Source: Lama guanicoe (lineage: Eukaryota). From it: a stretch of DNA of 64,000 nt. Positions 1 through 11,894 of this stretch are shown in pieces. Made by a program: the position numbers and the translations under genes. Location: the NCBI GenBank assembly GCA_013239625.1, contig MU053431.1, positions 1,080,485 to 1,144,484 of the forward strand, read 5' to 3'. How positions within the stretch are numbered: position 1 is the first letter of the stretch; each line of letters opens with the position of its first letter. The notes below the pieces were generated by a model that had not been told where the DNA came from, made no database searches, and saw only the letters and a program-made list of their open reading frames with translations.

Positions 1-144
1 TGTGTGTGTGTGTTGTGTGTGTGTGTGTTGTGTGTGTGTTGTGTGTGTTGTGTGTGTGTGTTGTGTGTGTGTGTTGTGTGTGTGTGTGTGTTGTGTGTGT
101 GTGTTGTGTGTGTTGTGTGTGTGTGTGTGTGTTGTGTGCGCGCG
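1..144. repeat. Interrupted (TG)n microsatellite ending in (CG)n
   Basis: Directly visible TG runs separated by an extra T. Confidence 0.97.
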
Positions 145-3118
145 CAGACAGAAACATGTAACTCTCTGCGTCCCTGACAGAAATCAGCACCCGCTACAGC
201 CCTCCTCGGATTTCTAAGCCTTCTGTGAATCTGCAAAGAAATAAAGCCCCTGGTTTCCGCCAAGGAAGGCAAACCCTTCACCGCGTCTTGGTGCGAGGAA
301 ACCTCCAACCATGAGGGGAAACGAGGTCCCCGAGGGGTGCAGATGTGCGTGCCTTTTGTATCTGTTTCCATCATCTGGGCCTCACGTTTAATCGAGGAGT
401 TTAGAAGGGACATTTCTTTATTTCCAGAGGCATCAAAGGCATTTTACTTCCTCTCTGGTCAGCATATTCCTAAAAGAATCTGTTTTAAACAGACTGACCT
501 CGCGCATATCTCCTTCAGGCTTAAAAGAGAAAAAAAAGATGAGGAAAAGCCTCGGCCTCCGTCTGAAATCACGGAATTTGCTCACCGTGGGTGTGTATTG
601 TGCCACGCGTCCTAACAAGTGTGTATTGACTGAACCAGGACGTCTTCCCAGACAGGCGCCCTGGCCAGCATTTCCCCAGCGCTGGGGTGTGATGGGGCAG
701 GGGGCACATTTACAGCACCTTCACACTATCACACAACCCATCCGTGCTCCCTGGGACTCAATTTGCAGCCACTTACACACATTTCTGCCACAATTGATCA
801 GAAATATTGATTTAGATTCTCTTTTAATGCGCTGTTTTTTGACCAGCAAGGGAGTGTGTCTTCACAGATGCTGGATGGGGCCTCAGAAATGCCCGTGTGG
901 ATACTGGTCATAAGTTAGCATGTTTTCCTGAAAAGCCTGTAAACTAACAGCGCCGCGAAGTTTATGAAAAGATTTTTTTTTTCAGTTTTCCAATTAAAAT
1001 GAGCTGTGAGGGCAGCCAGCCCTGGGGAGGCTCGGAGACGCAGCATTTGGGGCTTTGAATGGCATTTGGGGATCTGGGAGCGCTCTGTTAACCATCACTG
1101 GATCTCCTGGTCACTTGCTGGCAGAGCAGAGTGTGACGGGCTGGGTTCCTGCGTGGACGGCGGGCCCGGGGGCTGCACCAGGGCCGGCCTCCCGTCCAGG
1201 GCCTCTGGCGGTCATTCCTTCATTTGCACATCCTCCCGCTGCCTGCTGCGTGCCGGACACTGTGCTGGAAGGTGGGTGGGAGGCCCGGAGAGCGGGTAGA
1301 AGTGGGCTTGTCCTATGCTCCGTGGAATCTTTACGGGGCTACTTCTGATGCAGCAGCTTAAGATCCCCTGAGCCAGGACAGCAAACAGACATGAGCAGAT
1401 GCCTCGGGTCCCTGAGCGCGAAGGCCCCACTTTGGCTCCCTGCCACCCGGAGCCCCGCTCTGTGGGGGCCCCCACCCCCGCTCCCTTCTATCTGATCACC
1501 CAGCTTCCCTGTACGGCAGTGTAGGTCCCTGGCCTTGTCTGTGTCCATTTATTTCCTGGGGACTTTCAGCCTCTCCAGCTAGAATGTGGAGAGTAGCCGC
1601 TGTGCCTTGTCTGGAACAGAAATGATGGCAGAAGCTGCCCCGACCGTGTGCGGAACTGGACAGCAGTGGTTCCCCCGCTCCCGCCCGTGGATGGCCGGGT
1701 TCCGCGCTCTTTGTGAGAAGCTAATATTGTCACTAGTAGCTCCAAGTTACCCTCCAGCCAGAAATAATTCTCAGACACCAGCAACGGCACCCTTCTCTAA
1801 ACTTGCAAAACACAAGGACGAACGGGTTTCAGTGGCAAGGAGTGAGCCCACCCTCCCTCACTTGCTGTGCGTTTGTCAGGAACCAGGATGCTGTCTGTGT
1901 TCTGTTTCATCCGATGCTTTTCTCCCCATCCTACCAGCCTGTTCACCTTCCCAGTTTTTACGCAGAGAAATTTACTTCTTATTTAGGTCAAGGTGAAATT
2001 ATCAAGACGACCCTCTGAGGGGAATGAGGGAGCAGCAGCATTTAAATCGTTGTTGGCAGATGAACTGTGAACTGGGATTTCAGGCTGGGAAATGACAGTG
2101 CTTTCCTGGAGGCCACGCTCCTGGGCCCCCCAGGATAAGGAGCTCACTTGGAGGGGGCTGAATCGAGACACTGGGATAGAAGCAAACACCGGAGGCTTGC
2201 GGCCCCCAGATGTGCCCGGGGGAGTGCCAGGCCACCTGGCATCCCGCAACCTCCCGCATACTGTGGAGGCCCCCGTCCACCCCACCCCCACCCGATACTG
2301 GAAAGAGATTAGCCAGCGATTTTCTCCGGGGCCTGAGAGCCGCCCTCAGAAGGCTGGGTGCCTGGCGTGGCCCGGGGCCGGCGCTGACAGCAGCTAAGTG
2401 AAATGTCACGCTTCCAGGTCCCCGCGCCGCCAAGAGCTGGAATGCGGCCTGTGGCGCCTTCAGAGCCTGACAGCTAAATCTTTCATTCTTTCTGCTCCCA
2501 ACATATGGCATGAAGTCGGGTGTGAGAGAGGGATTTCTCTGGGTAGGTGTGGAAAACACGTGCACCGCTTTCTCTGCTTGGCTGCAGAGAAAGATCAAAA
2601 CAGCCCTGCTTTCTGAGAGCAGAATTTTAATGCCTTGAAGCCATGCCTTCAGGTTGGTAGTGTTGAAAGAACTAATGCCTCCTTAGAGGGATGGGCACTG
2701 CACGGCAGACGCACGGCAGCCCGGCAACGAGACACACCCCTTCTCGCGGCCCGGGGTGAGCGGGCCGGCCTGGAGAGAACCCCATGCCCGGAGGCAGTGC
2801 CCACTCGATTTTATGTGGCTCCTTGTCCCTGCCGTCCTGCTGGAACGACCCTGGGGGGGGTCACAGTTTGGGAGAGAGTGATCCCTGACCCCCGCCCCCA
2901 GCACTTCTCATCCGGAGCTGGAGCGCCGGGAGCTGGGTGGTCAGGGGGTCACCGGGCCCTGCAAGGCAAGGCTTGGTGCAGCTGTGTGTTGGGGGACGAG
3001 AAATCGGGGGACACTCAAAATCTCTAGCTGGGCCCCCCGGGGAGTGAGACACTGGCCGAGCAGTCGCGGCATCCCGGGGAGGAGCGTCCACTCTGCGAAC
3101 AGCTAACTCGGAACAGCG

Positions 3119-3203
3119 CTGCGCCCCGAGAGCTCCGAGCGCGCCCCGAGGGCTCCGCCCCGCGCCCCGAGAGCCCCGCCCCGCCCCCAGAGAGCTCCGC
3201 CCC
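3119..3203. repeat. GC-rich minisatellite, about 4 copies of a 20-21 bp unit (gcgccccgagagctccgccc-like)
   Basis: Units start near 3121, 3141, 3162 and 3182; several CCGCCC boxes. Confidence 0.8.
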
Positions 3204-4155
3204 TCTGCCTTCACGCTGACCTGGTCTCTCCAGGCCCCTCCTCCCCGCAGGAGCAGGGCGGGGTGTCCGCTGTTCCCCGGGCATCGGCCTCGGCGTTTCC
3301 TCATGGTGTTTCCCAGCCTCGGGGCTGCTGACACGTGGGGCAGGTGCCACCTCCACTCCGTTCTTTCTCATCATGGGACTTGTAACAGCATCCCTGGCCT
3401 CTGCGCATCAGACACCCCTAAGTCCACCCCGGCTGTGACGCCCAAAACCGCGCGGACCCGGAGTTGAAACCCACTGTCTGGGAGTAACCGTTAGGAACGG
3501 GCACCAAACCTTAGGTGTGCGGCCCCGTCACGTCCTCCGGGACATCGTCCTGCGAGGAGCCCGGTGCTCAGTGTCTGAAATTAACCGACCGAGGACAGAC
3601 TGAGAAGTCGTTCAGCTGGCACGTCCTCGGGGGACCAGGTCCAGCCGAAGACCCTCCCGCTTCGTGTTACACAGGAACGGCCTGCGCGCCCCACCGTGGG
3701 ACACGTGTTTACATGGTTGTTATCTGGAGAAAGATGACTCTTTCCTCCTCATTACAGCCTCGGCCACGGCCATGATTTATCAGAACCTCGGTTTGAAATA
3801 TGCAGTGGCTTGTAGACGCTCTGACCTTCTCCGTGTCCCCGCGTTTAATTGGCTGGTCACCCCATCCTCCCGTAAAGGTCGCTGAGCTGTAAATGCACGC
3901 TGGGGACGACTGATAAGCTCGGAGCAGGGAGGCGCGTCCCCATGACTCACACGCTGCCCCCACCATCAACCCAAGTCCGTGCGAGCCCGGGGGCGGGGGG
4001 GGGGGCGGCGCGCGACCCCGGAGGGCTGTGGGGGGCAGGGCTGGTTCCCGGGGCGCGGAGACCAGAGGCCGGCCTGCCCAAGAGCAAGCGCATCCTCTGG
4101 ACCAACAGCAGACCTCTGTCAGGCTGCTGTCAACTCAGGATGTTGTTATTTCCCA

Positions 4156-4300
4156 GGGGGAGGGCACAGCTCAGCGGTGGAGCGCGTGCTTAGCATGCAC
4201 GAGGTCCTGGGTTCAGTCCCAGTACCTCCATTAAAATAAATGTAAAAACTCATTACCCACCCTCCCAGAACAAAAACAAAGTACACACACAAAAAAAGAA
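4156..4300 (+). mobile_element. tRNA-derived SINE, camelid vic-1-like
   Basis: ggggagggcacagctcagcggtggagcgcgtgcttagcatgcacgaggtcctgggttcagtccc has Pol III A/B boxes, followed by an A-rich tail. Homologous to the three other copies. Confidence 0.88.
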
Positions 4301-7183
4301 ATTACTCTTTTTAGCAGACAAGGTGCCACCAGCAGCGCCCTGGCCCAGTTACTTTTCCAGGTCCAATGAGACCCACCCCACTGCCTTCACCATTGTCTCT
4401 CCGAGGTCCCCGCGTCATCGGCGTTAAAATGAGAATGGAGTTGATGAGAAATCAGGGTGAAGGAGGAACCTTGGGGAAACAGGCTGTGTGGGAAGTGGGC
4501 AGAGAACCTGTGGGGCTCCCCGAGGCTCTGTGCTTCCTCCACGCCCCCAGCGCACACTTGTCCCCAAGAAACCAACGAAGAGTGTCTTCAGATCTGCGGG
4601 GGCAGCTCGGCACAGCTGGCGGTCACCAAGGGGGTTGTCGTGGGACTTGAGAGTGAGGAGAGGGGCTTTCATGAATGCCCCGGTGGTCTCTGGACAAAAC
4701 CCCAGGCTGTCAGAATGAGGGGCAGCTGGCCTCTGAGAGCTGAGGGAGGGTGAGTGGGCAGGAAGGATGCAGCGGGCCTCTGTCCGCGGGAAGGATCCCG
4801 CCCCAGCCCGCAGGGCCGCGCTTGTGAAGGAGAGCGGGGCCCCACCCAGCGCCGCCAGCGCGGCCAGAGCCGGGGCGGGTCTGTGCGTGTGGTGTAGCCT
4901 CCGGAGTCCTCGCACCCCGGTCAGTGATGCGGCCATGTGGAGGTGAGCGCGACCCCGATTCAGAGTTAAAGCGGCGCAAAGCGGCCGCTTGTGGTTCCAC
5001 ACTTTTTCATTTATCTGGATATGCTTCTCAAAACCACAGGACCGCACCTGCCGCAGAGTCCCAGGGGCGGCATGTACTCCGGGCCAGGCAGTGCAGCCCG
5101 TGGAGAAGGCCCAGGGTGTGTGTGCCTGCCTTTTCCAAAGCGCTTTGAAAGATTTTGCGACTAACCTGCTGTTCCATTTGATGGCGATCTGGAGTTCTTA
5201 ATCGACATCTGTCACTTTCTTCCAAAGCCAGCAGGGCCTGGTGCGCCTGACAACCTGCGTGTTGTAGGAGGAGGTCCTGCTAGGCAGGTGCCAGACGGGA
5301 GAGTGTGCGTGTGCGTGTGCGCGTGTGCATCTGCCGCTGTGCAGAGGGCATTCAGTCTCCTCCTCTGCAAAGCTGACGGATCATGCTCCGTGTGCCGCGG
5401 TCACTGCCCCGCGTCAGGGAGAGGGGTAGACACCCTAGATGTCACCCTCCTTTTCCGAATTTACAGGCAGGCGGTGGAAGGGCTCACAGAACTACCAGGG
5501 GCCACTGGATGCTGTAAACATAGCACAGATCAGACTGTGAGGTGTGGGGCCTCGCGGCCAAGCCTGCCGTGTCCAGCCCTCGGGCTCCCATCTTCTCCTT
5601 CCTTCGGCGTGTACCGGCGCCCCTACCTCCTGTGGGGCTGCTGTGTGCGGGCGGGAGCCCTGGCGTTGTGGGGCTTCCTTCCCAGCTGGAGGAGATGGGA
5701 GAAAAACACCAACACAGAGGCACAGTGGGAGGTGGCAGTAAGGGTTCTGGAGAAAGCAGGCCGGGTGTGGGTGGACGTGGGAGATGCTGAGCAGGAAGGA
5801 AGTGCCTGTGGGGTGCAGTCTCCGCCGAGGAGGAGCTGGGGGGCAGCATGGCTGGGAGTGGAGGTGACATGACCTTGCAGCATGTTTAACCCAATCTTGA
5901 AAACCCATCATTTGCCCGTTCCCACAAATCGGTGGGAAGAGGGGGCTGAGGTCAGAACAGGGGACCTGAGCCTCTAAACCCCCTCCCGCGGCCCTTCCCC
6001 TCCCACCTCCTCCAGTGCGCCCTCGGACCTGCGCAGGGACCAGCGCGTGCGGCCAGCTGGTCTACCGCCCCTACACCACGTCTCCTCTGGGCCCTGTGGG
6101 CCCCGGATGTGGCTCTCGGGGCCCCGGGCTGGGTCTTCTCACACCAGACCCTGGGCCCCGGTTGGCCTTCCCCCCCAAGAACACTTGTCCTTTAGTTTTG
6201 GATTTAAGCACCCGGATTGGATGTGGATTTAAATAATATTTTCCTGGGGCTGCTTTACCTTGCATTTTTCATTTGGAAATACTAATTGTGACCTTTCAGA
6301 CTCCCAATTAAATGTTTCCAATGAGATGAAAAGGTTGAATAAGCAGGAACAGGGGCGGGGGCAGATTTGTGCCCTGGGGACGCGGGAGAGGCCAGGCAGG
6401 TGGCCACACCCATGAGCGCTGGGGAGCCTGCTCTCTGTCCCAAGTGGGGAGAAAAGCTGAGTTCCTCCCGGGCCCCGTCCGCCTCGCCTCCCCCAAGGCC
6501 GGACTGTGAGCCCCTCAGAAACAGCAGAACCAACCAGCTGGGGATCAGGAGTCAGTGCCTGAAGTTAACCTCCCCAAGGTCGTTGGTACCTGGCCACTTC
6601 ACATGTGGCCACCTGTGCCCAGTGTCCACAGCTGCCCGGAGGGGCATGAACCCTACAGAATCCCAACCTCCCGTCCAGCAGGGAGACCAGCAGGAACTGC
6701 CTCCTCCCTCTGCAGGTTTCAGGACCAACTTTTGCAGCAGAGCAAGAACGCTGGTGCTAATTCGGGTGGTTTGGAATGGAAGAGGCCCGCTCGCCAGCAG
6801 TAAAAGCGGGGTGCCTTTGTTAAAGTAGGGTGTGCTTCGCGGGGACTCTCTCGCTTCCAGGCAGCACCAGCTCTCCTGGATGCCTGGCCACGTCCTTGTA
6901 AGATAGGACAGCGGTCTGCTCTCAAGCACCCCGGCCTGAGGCTCAGCCACGGGCACCGGGAAGCCAGCCACTTCAAGGTCAACCCCGGGGGCAGGCAGCA
7001 GGGGCAATGAGCATGGGACGAAGCAGAAGAGGGGGGCTCTGAGTGGGTGGGGTCATGTCTCACCTGCGCTGGTGGCCTTAAAGAGGCCTCGGTGTCCCCA
7101 GATCTTTTGAACTTTCCAGACAAGCTGAAAATCTGGATTTGTTTCATGCGAAACTTGCCAGTGTCTAATCTCTGCGGTCTAGA

Positions 7184-7394
7184 CCAGGCTTCCTCAGTCT
7201 CAGTACTGTTGTCACCGTGAGCCCACGGACTGCTGTGGGGCTGTCCGGTGCCCTCAAGGATGTTTAACAGCAACCCTGGCCCCCGCCCACTAGACGCCAA
7301 GAAGGCACTCTCCACGCTGTGACCACCCAGGATGTCTCCAGACACAACCAGTGACCCCTGGGGGCCAAAAGCCCCCCCCGGGTGAGAACTAGGG
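7184..7394 (-). mobile_element. MER20-like hAT DNA transposon fossil
   Basis: Resembles the reverse complement of MER20 (ggatgtttaacagca...cccactagacgcc...atgtctccagaca...cccctgggggc...gagaac). Confidence 0.75.
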
Positions 7395-10300
7395 ATTTAA
7401 CCTGTGAGCCTTCATTTTGTGAGTTCTGTAGTAAATCGACCCAAAAGACCTTGTATGAGTTAATAGGCAGCTGAGCCCAGAAATGCACGCAGGGCTCAGA
7501 GGCTCCCTTGAGTGCCTGGGGCTTCTCCGCCCAGCCCGTCCCTGCCCCGGGCCCCTTGCCTGGTCCCACCTCAGCCCCAGCACGCCCACCCCCTTCTCAG
7601 CACCGGACGGGCCTCACTCCAGCTGCAGGCAGACCCGCTCACGAGCCTGGGATGTGGCTTCATTCGGAACTGCTTGTTCCTCCTTCAGAGAGATTCCGCG
7701 CCCGAGCTCCCTCTAGACCCCCAGGTGGACCCTTGTCGTGAGTTCTGTGAAATGCGCAGAATGCTGTTCAGCCACCTGGGGGACGTGCCTTCCAGCCAGT
7801 GGGGGGACGTGACGGGTAACAGCCCGCCTGTGGGGCCAGGCTCACCCCGCACCGCAGTGTGGACGGCCAGCCCCCACTCTGCGGCTTTCGAGTCTGGCTG
7901 ACCTGGGCAGGACCGCCGTGCCCCCGGGCCGACCCAGGCAGCAGCAGGGGCTGCCCTGCCTGAGGACCCTCCCGCAGTGTCCCCGTCAGTCTTGGGGGCT
8001 ATGGGGATGCCCTTCATGGAAGCAGCAGCTGTGTCCTCTGCTGCCGCTTTAAAGGGACCCTCCATCCCGAGACCCACCCACGAGGGGCTCGCTCAGACCC
8101 TCGCAGGTCCAGACGGGCCATAAACAAGAGGCGGGTTCACAGCGGTGCCACCTGGCCATTCACCCTGCCGGGGCCTGTGAGCCAGCATCTGCTCTTCTCA
8201 AACAGCAGGCGCTTCAGTGGAGTTTTAAATTAGGCCGAAGCCTGCAGGACGGCTGGGAGGCTCCACTTGCAAGGAGTTTGCTGGGCTCTTCTGCAGACAC
8301 TTGTGTCAACAATGAAAAATTACATCACTAACGGCCAAATCAAATACCCCAGTTGTGTCAAGATTCCCCAGATGTGATGTGCAGCACTCGGAGCCCCTTG
8401 TAAATTCCACGTTGCTTCCCCCCCTTAAAGACGCCTGGAGATTTCTGCACCCTGTGCTGGCACAGCTGAGTCCCTCTGCCCCTCGGGGCAGCCAGTGCAC
8501 CCTCCTTGCACCCCCACCCTGTGCTCACACCCCAGAGCGGAGGGAGCCGTCCACCTCCCGCTCTGGACTGCCACTGTGCTTGGAAAACCTTCAGGTGCAC
8601 TCTCCCTTGGCTCTGCAGGGGTGGTCCCAGGACCCCCCTCAGAGCTGGGCAGCACTGGTCCTGCCTTAGGGTTCGTGCTGACTGGAGGCAGCTCGAGGGG
8701 ACAGGTGTAGTCCGGGCATCGCCCGAGAAGCTCTGACAATTGGCAAAAAGCTTCAGTTGGCCTGGGTGGCGGAGACCCACGTCTCTCAGCAGTAACACGT
8801 GTGGACAGTTTCCATAAAGACAACGGCGGAGAAAAGGCATGTGACAAGAGGAGACTTTCTCAGGAACAGAGAAAGTTTAGCCCAGTGCGGACTCAGGGGA
8901 GGAGGGCCAGACGGAAAGACTGGCCCACCTCGGAGGTGGGTTCCGCAAGCCAGGACGCAGCTTGTCGGGTCTGCCGGCCGACAGGTGAGCTAAGCCTTTA
9001 GAACCCGCTCTCCCTCCAGTTCCATGTGAAACGCGCCCGCTGCCTGCCATTTACAAAACGCGGGGCAGACTCCTCAGTGTGCTGTGCTCACGGTCCAGAT
9101 GAACAGTAAACTTCCGCGGAACAGGGTTCGGGCCGGTGCTGACAGTGAGGCTCAGCGCTGGAGTGACATCGTTTGGCCATCAGCCCCCGGCTTTCCCTTG
9201 AACTGCCCGACCGGACATGTACTTTGCATCATAAAGGGAACCAGTGCTTTTAATCAAGATGAACCCAAGACAGCTGGCCTGCCATGCGGCTTTGACGGCC
9301 ATGGTCCCCTACACCCTCCTCGTGCACGGTGAGCGTGTGATGCGGGAACACCCTGGACACAGGGTGGAGTGATATGAAAGCCAGATCAGAGGGCACATTG
9401 GTGTCCTCGCCCATGCAGAGAGCACAGCACCCGGCCCTGGTGGGGAGGGAAAAGGTCCCCCCGTAAAAGGGGGAAAGGAACAAGGGCCAGCGAGCGTCCT
9501 TTGTGTGCTGGTTCCGGGAAGCGCGGGGCTGGGAGCGCCAGGGCCCCGGCCTTCAAAGCACAGGCGGCTGGGGTCGCAGCCCCGCCGCACGGCTTGCAGG
9601 GCTGGGGGCTCTGCAGGAGGCTGCCCACCTCTCAGCCTCCATGTCCTCACCTGGGGAAGGGATAAGAGCCCCTCCTGGGAGAGGCTACCGGAGCTTTCAC
9701 TGACATGCGTCCGTCCCCGGGGCTCAGAGAATCCGGCCACCCCCAGGCCCAGGTGGAAAGTCCAGCGTTCCCTCGGGGGCACCAAACTCGGCCTTCACAG
9801 CCTGCGCAGGGGAGACGTGGCCTGTGTGGCTTCCTCCCGAGGAGACAGAAGCAGGGAAGCCACCATTAGTGCCACACGGCGGCGGCTGTGCAGCGCTGCT
9901 CACGCCCGCCCGCGGCCTCACTCCCGGGAGCCCAGGCGGCTCAGTGAGGCTGGGAGCCCACGCCGAGCCCACGGCCTTGGCGTCCAGCTCTGCCTGCCGC
10001 GTAGCGGGCGTCCCAGTGCTTCCTGCGTGAGTGTTCTGTGCCGCTGTCTTTTCCTGCCTCTTGGGCGCTCATAGCAGGAAAGCAGTTAGATGGGGTGCCG
10101 TGGGAAGGGGCCCCAAGAGAGAGCCTGCCTCTGCTTTGAAGACCATGTTTGCAGACGGGTTGCGGGATGGCAGCCCGAGCTGGCTGGACCCCCGATTCCC
10201 AGAGATCCCAGGCTGGCCTCCCGGGCCCTCGAGGCCTCCCAGCTCCTAGGCCACCGCGGCCCCCCGCCAGCCTCCCTCTGTTCCCCTCTCCTGCCAAGAG

Positions 10301-10994
10301 TGGGGGGCACCCTCCTCCTCCCTCACGGCTCCCCCTCTTCTTTGCCCGTCACTCCACCTGTGAGCACACTGCCAGAGGCCAAGCGGGTGGAACTCCAAGG
10401 GACCAACGACACCGAAGGTCCAGGGTGGGTCCCACAGGCTGGAGGAACTCCAGCACATGGGGTGGGACTGGATTATAGGGAGAAGCTGAGGAGGGGACAC
10501 CGTGCGGCCTCTCTGGCAGACAGGAGCTGCCGGGGGATCTGGGACTATCAGGGGGGACGCTGGGGACAGGTGGCTCCCCAGACCCTGCCCACGGGTGCTG
10601 GACAGGGAGGTGGAAATACTGTGCCTGTCAGACACCTTTCTAGGTCGAGACTGGCCTGGTCAAGCCCTCCCGGAAGGCAGCGAACCCCCTCGTCAGGGCT
10701 GTTCCATCAGCGCTCCCGTGTGGCCCGCTGAGTGCCAGGCACAGAGCACGGCCCACGGGGACGGGGTGGCCAGACCCCACCTGCCCCAGACGCCCAGCCT
10801 GGGGACAACCTCCTGAGCCAGAGGCAGGAGGGATGCTGCGTGGCGGGGAGGAGACAGGTCCTGGGCTGGCGAGCAGGTCTGCAGAGCACGTGGGAGGAGA
10901 ACCGGAGCTCCTTCCTGGGCGGGCACGGAGGGCCTGCCTCACCACCGCTCACTCTGAGCTCAGCCGGGAACTCCTCCTACCACAGACAGTGACC

Positions 10995-11600
10995 GTGTGG
11001 TACCGCTGTGCTGCCACTAACAGACGTAACAGATCGCCCCCAGTTTAGAGTCTTCCAAAGAGACCAGCGATGGCTGCACAGCTCTGCCGCTCATGAGTCC
11101 CAGGCCGGGCAGTGCTCGAGCCTCGCCTGTGGGCGCCAGGCTGGTCCCCGATGGCGTGGCCAGGCTCAAGCATCCACTCCCAATGTGGGCGACTCGCACG
11201 GCTGTCGTCATGAGGCCTCCGTTCCACGCCATGTGGACTCCACGCGGGGCTGCTTGGGCGTCCTCGCAGGTGCTTCCGGCCCTGCCTCAGGGTCATGTGT
11301 GGTCCACTGGGCCACACCTCTAGGGCCCTGTCTGGTGTCGGGGGGGCCCACGAGGACGGCCGCCATCTCAGGCCCGGCTGCCTCAGTAGAACCGGGAGAG
11401 GGCCCTGAGGCTGTTCCGCCCCAGTGGTCCTGGGGACCCTCCTCTGCTCGCACACCTCCTCTGGGGGTCCTCGATCCACCACCTGACCCTTCTGCCCCTG
11501 TGCCGGGGGCCCTCCACATGCCCGGATCCCAGGTCAGGGACATGTTAGCTGGGTTCAGTCCCACCACGGTGACCTCTGACACTGTGAAGCAGGGTGCGGG
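10995..11600 (-). mobile_element. Degenerate MaLR (MLT1-type) LTR fragments
   Basis: tgctgccactaacagac...gctgcacagctctg...gccatgtggactcca...ccacatgcccggatcccaggtcagggacatg resembles antisense MLT1 LTR. Boundaries approximate. Confidence 0.45.
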
Positions 11601-11894
11601 GAGGATCACGGCACGGAAGCCATAATCCCGGTGAGGGCCTGGCTGCGGCGTTTCTTGGCTGCTGCCCAGGGAAGCAGGCAGCTTAGCCAGGTGTGTCCCC
11701 AGCCCCAAGCCTGAGGACCTGCAGGCTGAGACCTGGGCTCCCTTCAAGGGGCGCAAGCACTGCCATCACCTGCACACAGCAGTGGCCCCGGGGAGACGAC
11801 AGTCCCGGTGGGAAGGGGCTGCCGCAGCCCACGTGTGCTGAGACGCATGCCCACATGCAGGCTGAGTGCAGTGTGGCCAGCAAGCCATGTGAAG

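Noticed and set aside
2..217. Cys/Val-rich ORF (likewise His/Thr-rich ORFs near 47200 and 53000)
   Set aside because: Translation of dinucleotide microsatellites.
3119..3203. CRISPR-like repeat array
   Set aside because: Contiguous tandem units with no unique spacers, no cas genes, and a mammalian context.
7596..7615. REST/RE1-like motif tcagcaccggacgggcc
   Set aside because: Lacks the canonical 2-bp spacer and the right half is mismatched.
10090..11756. Cluster of overlapping 180-213 aa ORFs
   Set aside because: Open on several frames and both strands, which reflects stop-codon scarcity. No domain or exon signature.
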